Part shown: piece by piece, positions 60,256 through 64,000 of the stretch
Layout of the letters: each line of letters opens with the position of its first letter
How positions within the stretch are numbered: position 1 is the stretch's first letter
From: Clostridiales bacterium
Lineage (GTDB): Bacteria > Bacillota > Clostridia > Saccharofermentanales > Saccharofermentanaceae
DNA: 64,000 bases
Assembly (NCBI GenBank): GCA_017513085.1
Contig: JAFWDK010000010.1
Span: 160,001-224,000, forward strand
Direction: 5' to 3'
The notes under the pieces: model-generated
What the model saw: only the letters and a program-made list of their open reading frames with translations
Database searches by the model: none
Told to the model about the DNA's origin: nothing
Program-made: the position numbers and the translations under genes

Positions 60256-62610
60256 GTGAGCGAAGGGGCATCTATATTTACACATCAGGATAGGGAAGAA
60301 ACTTTTTGGATAGACTGGATAAACAGAGTTTTCAGCTCGTTGATCTGCCGACCATTGGTATATGCTCTGATAATGTGTATGCTAGGCTCGTATTGTGGTT
60401 TTTATTTCTCTTCGCCGCTCCGTTTTGGCTTTTTACCGGTTGTTTCTCTGCTGACGCTTGTTTTTGGATGTAAAAACCGGGGTTGCCGGAAATATACATT
60501 AACGCTGGTTGTTGGTTTTGGCATCTTTATACTATCGTTCATATATTTTACTCATGTTTGTCATCAAGCGGAGCATTTGGAAAATGTGGAGAATTATGAA
60601 GGAAAATGTATGGTTTGTTCCAGAAACGGCTATTTATCCGGTTATAAAAACCTGACGGTCCGGCTTCCCGATGGAGAGAAAGTGAACTGGCTTACCGATT
60701 CTTCTTATGGTTTCGGAGACGAGTTGATCGTAAAAGCCCGGATACAGACTATTCAATCTAAGGGAAACCCGGGAGACGTAAATTATAAGAAAACATTCCG
60801 TAATGCAGGAATCTTTCGCGCAATGAAAGTAGAGAAGGTCATGTCTGTTACTCCCGGTGATCTTTCCATTATCGATAAGGGATTTATTCTTGGTGCAAAG
60901 ATTCGGGAAGGCTGTTTTTCTTTGTGGAACAAATATGCTGACAACATGACGGCCATGTTCCTTGCTGCTATGGTCGTGGGCGACACGTCTCATCTGGACG
61001 AGAGCGTGAAAGAACGGTTTAAAGAATGTAATCTATTTCACTTGCTTGTCGTCTCCGGAGCCCATGTCGGGTATTTTACATCTACGATTGCAGCTCTCTT
61101 TTCTTTTTTGTCGAGAAAAAAGATACTCCGTACTATAGTTCTTGGCATAGCATTGCTTTGGTTTGGCTTTGTCATCGGTTGGTCAAGTTCGGCGACAAGA
61201 AGTATTCTGACTTTCTTGTGTGTTTCGGCTCTTTCATTTGAAAAACGGGGAATAGATCGCATATCTGCATGTGCTTTCAGTGGCCTGGTCCTTTGTATGG
61301 GTAATCCGTATTCCGTGTTTTCTCAAGGCTTGCTTCTATCTTTTGGTGCAACATTCAGTATTATGGTTTTTGAAAAAAGAATCACCTTTTTTATAAGAAA
61401 CAGAATTCATAAGATCCCTGAGGAACTGGTGAGGGCATTTTCGTGCTATATCTGCGCAAATATCGGGATGCTTCCGGTTCTGATCTCAATCGGGAATACT
61501 CAATCTGTTCTGAAGCTGCTTGTTGTTCTTTTGGCGGGATTCCCGGCTGAACTGATCTGCTCTCTTGGCCTTCTTTCTACTGTATTGGCTTGGTTTATGC
61601 CCTGGGGTTGTTTTAATACTATTATGTTTTTCCCGATTCGTGGTTTGGTCAGTTTTTTAGATCTTCTGTCTTTTTGGGGACAGAAGAGGAGTTTCTTTCA
61701 ATTCTCCTGGCAAAATCTTTCATGGGTTTCAATGGGATTGTTCGTAAGTCTGCTCCTATATTGTGTTTGCCACTCCGGGATCCGGAAGAGAATGATGATA
61801 CTTGTTTGTTTAGTTACTTCTTTGGTTACTGTTTTCGAAACATTTCTATTTCGTATGAATGATCCGGTAAAAGTGTATTTTCTGGATGTAGGACAGGGGG
61901 ATTGTGCCTTGATATGTTATGGAGATAAGCATGTCCTGATAGATGGAGGCAATGTTGGTAAGGGTGAGACGATACGTTCAGTCATGAACTTCTTGGATAT
62001 CGGGAGTATCGATCTGGCCTTGGCCTCGCATCTGGATGCGGATCACATTGCCGGTCTTCTTGAGATATACAATTTGGGCCTGATTGAACAGATGTACTCT
62101 CCATTTTGGTCTGAAAGCTCTGAAATGAAGCAGCTCGAACAAGCTGTTGAGAACGTTCCCGAACATGTTGATGTTTTGGCAGCTGGAGATGAGATCCTTA
62201 TCGATGAAGATATTATCTTTCATGTGGTTTGGCCGAAAAAAGCAGTTAACGGCGGGAATGAAGATTCGATGGTTGTCTGGGCGGAAATCCGGGGAACTAA
62301 TATCCTTTTTACCGGAGACATAGGTGAGAAAACCGAAAATGAAGTGATAGACAGCCTTCCCGAGGAGATCGATATTTTGAAGATCCCTCATCATGGCAGC
62401 AGATATTCTGTATCGGATGATTTTTATAATAGTAAAAAAATAGGTGCAGCAGTTATTAGCGTAGGGTATAATCTTTATGGACATCCATCCAGGGAAGTAC
62501 TGGAAATGCTTGAGAACAAAAAAGTGCCTTGTTATCGTACTGATGTGGCAGGGTGTGTCGTTTTGGAGATCGACCAAAATGGATGGAATGTAGATTACTA
62601 TTTTTCTTGA
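60256..62610 (+). CDS. comEC: DNA uptake channel ComEC (OB + competence + MBL domains)
   Basis: HLLVVSGAHV, SATRS, LSFGAT, FLDVGQGD, SHLDADH, FTGD, KIPHHGS, ISVG.N.YGHP. Confidence 0.95.
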   Translation: MSEGASIFTHQDREETFWIDWINRVFSSLICRPLVYALIMCMLGSYCGFYFSSPLRFGFLPVVSLLTLVFGCKNRGCRKYTLTLVVGFGIFILSFIYFTHVCHQAEHLENVENYEGKCMVCSRNGYLSGYKNLTVRLPDGEKVNWLTDSSYGFGDELIVKARIQTIQSKGNPGDVNYKKTFRNAGIFRAMKVEKVMSVTPGDLSIIDKGFILGAKIREGCFSLWNKYADNMTAMFLAAMVVGDTSHLDESVKERFKECNLFHLLVVSGAHVGYFTSTIAALFSFLSRKKILRTIVLGIALLWFGFVIGWSSSATRSILTFLCVSALSFEKRGIDRISACAFSGLVLCMGNPYSVFSQGLLLSFGATFSIMVFEKRITFFIRNRIHKIPEELVRAFSCYICANIGMLPVLISIGNTQSVLKLLVVLLAGFPAELICSLGLLSTVLAWFMPWGCFNTIMFFPIRGLVSFLDLLSFWGQKRSFFQFSWQNLSWVSMGLFVSLLLYCVCHSGIRKRMMILVCLVTSLVTVFETFLFRMNDPVKVYFLDVGQGDCALICYGDKHVLIDGGNVGKGETIRSVMNFLDIGSIDLALASHLDADHIAGLLEIYNLGLIEQMYSPFWSESSEMKQLEQAVENVPEHVDVLAAGDEILIDEDIIFHVVWPKKAVNGGNEDSMVVWAEIRGTNILFTGDIGEKTENEVIDSLPEEIDILKIPHHGSRYSVSDDFYNSKKIGAAVISVGYNLYGHPSREVLEMLENKKVPCYRTDVAGCVVLEIDQNGWNVDYYFS

Positions 62611-62622
62611 TGTGAGGAAACC

Positions 62623-63666
62623 ATGGCAAAGCAAGAAAAGAACAATTCATGGAAGAGTTTTGTTTCTATAGTAAATGCGGGGAAAAACGACGATTTCGCG
62701 CGCGTTTATCTGATAACCGGCGATGAGAAGTATCTTATCGATCGGACATTAAAGAGTATGAAGAAACTGATCGTGTCTTCCGGCGCGGAGAGTTTGGATT
62801 ACTATTTAAAAGACCTGGGAAATGCCGATCTTCCACTGGAAGAGTTTCAGAGTCTGGTAGGAACTCCGCCTTTTATCTCCAAGCGTAGAATGACTGTTAT
62901 TCGAAATAGTGGTCTTTTTGGGTCAAAAGCCCCTTCATCGTCCAAGGATCAGGATAAATGGAAGGCGGCAATTGCGGCTATTCCTGAGTTTGCAGCTGTT
63001 TTTTTCATTGAAGAAAAAGTCGATAAGCGCAAGAAACAGCTTATTGATGCGATCGCGCAAAATGGCGTGCTTGTTGAAATCGAAATTCAGTCTGAGGATG
63101 TTCTTAAGACGTGGATCAACCAAAGATGCAAGGAAAGTGGAATCAGTATGCATGCGGATTGTGTTTCCAGTTTGATCAGCCGAGTAAACTCTTCTATGCG
63201 GGCAATTGATAATGAGATGAATAAGATTTCATTATATTGTGAAAATACCGGCACGAAGACAGTGACCATGATGCTTTTGGACAAGCTTTGTGTCCCGGAT
63301 GTTCATGCTTCGGTATTTCAAATGACAGATGCGATCGGACAGAAAAACGTAGGTAAGGCATTGGATATCTTTGCGAGTCTTGTGATCCTCAAAGAGCCGA
63401 TCCCTAAGATACGTCTTATGTTGGCAAGACATATCCGTCACCTGATCTGTGCAAAAGAAATCGGTGATGCGCAAGGTCTTGTTGCCAGGCTGAAAGTTCA
63501 TCCTTTTGTGGCTAAAAACCTGGTCAGTCAGTCGAAAGGATTCACCATGACGCAGTTGGAGAAACTGTATAAGCTATGTTTTCAAACTGATTCATGGGTG
63601 AAAAACGGAAAAATGGAAGATCAGCTTGCGATGGAAGTGCTTTTGACAGCGTCCGGAAAGATATAA
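62623..63666 (+). CDS. holA: DNA polymerase III subunit delta
   Basis: VYLITGDEKYL, PPF.S.RR, VDKRKK, NEM.K, VFQMTDAI, HPFV...K; follows comEC. Confidence 0.93.
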   Translation: MAKQEKNNSWKSFVSIVNAGKNDDFARVYLITGDEKYLIDRTLKSMKKLIVSSGAESLDYYLKDLGNADLPLEEFQSLVGTPPFISKRRMTVIRNSGLFGSKAPSSSKDQDKWKAAIAAIPEFAAVFFIEEKVDKRKKQLIDAIAQNGVLVEIEIQSEDVLKTWINQRCKESGISMHADCVSSLISRVNSSMRAIDNEMNKISLYCENTGTKTVTMMLLDKLCVPDVHASVFQMTDAIGQKNVGKALDIFASLVILKEPIPKIRLMLARHIRHLICAKEIGDAQGLVARLKVHPFVAKNLVSQSKGFTMTQLEKLYKLCFQTDSWVKNGKMEDQLAMEVLLTASGKI

Positions 63667-63673
63667 TCCAAGA

Positions 63674-63702
63674 TTGACGTAAATCTTGAATTAAGATAGA
63701 AT
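63674..63702 (+). promoter_or_regulatory. Putative sigma-A promoter of icd
   Basis: TTGACG-N17-TAGAAT; the spacer contains the ATCTT-N5-AAGAT dyad. Confidence 0.6.
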
Positions 63703-63735
63703 AATGCGGTATTTCTAAGCATATCGGAGGAAAAG

Positions 63736-64000
63736 ATGGCTAAGATTCAGATGAAAACTCCTCTCGTCGAGATGGATGGAGATGAAATGACCCGAATCAT
63801 GTGGAAACAGATCAAGGACATTGTGCTTTTGCCTTTCGTTGATCTGAAGACCGAATACTTTGATCTTGGTCTGCCACACAGAGATGAGACGGATGATCAG
63901 GTTACTATTGATGCGGCGAACCGCGCTGTTGAGCTCGGAGTAGCTGTAAAGTGCGCGACGATTACTCCAAACGCCCAGAGAATGGATGAATATAAACTGA
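63736..64000 (+). CDS. icd: NADP-dependent isocitrate dehydrogenase (5' part, truncated by the window end)
   Basis: GGAGG RBS; translates to [23 protein letters not shown]...[16 protein letters not shown]...VKCATITP. Confidence 0.95.
   Translation, partial: MAKIQMKTPLVEMDGDEMTRIMWKQIKDIVLLPFVDLKTEYFDLGLPHRDETDDQVTIDAANRAVELGVAVKCATITPNAQRMDEYKL

Overview
This looks like a core-genome segment from a Clostridia-type Firmicute. The assignment is inferred from the CIRCE-controlled groESL, a Firmicute-type LexA box, a single-chain clostridial PurL, tandem prs genes and the zapA-U32-dut gene order. I find about 50 protein-coding genes and two tRNAs (Leu-TAA and initiator Met-CAT). Most genes are housekeeping: comEA, groES/EL, a GldA/F/G-like ABC cluster, argG/argH, htpG, purL, rsmA, dut, tsaD, smpB, pdp, ruvCAB, queH, rqcH, two prs genes, engB, comEC, holA and a partial icd. 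I saw no mobile element, prophage, CRISPR array or defence system. The most unusual signal is a set of membrane-anchored signalling or enzyme domains that seem to have lost their canonical residues. (1) A three-gene operon at 4173-7530 encodes an output-less sensor-like protein, a sensor-domain/MFS fusion and a membrane-tethered ECF sigma-region-2-only protein, just upstream of an LCP gene. (2) A second LCP gene is coupled to a PP2C-fold protein that lacks its metal-binding Asp residues and has a TM helix and an SH3b domain. (3) A membrane-anchored alpha/beta-hydrolase lacks its catalytic Ser and His. (4) One prs paralog is degenerate. Also of note are a shared inverted CGACAA/TTGTCG (0A-box-like) motif upstream of comEA and comEC, and a 956-aa acidic scaffold-like membrane protein with a CBM-like tip. 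All family calls come from motif recognition by eye; no database searches were run.
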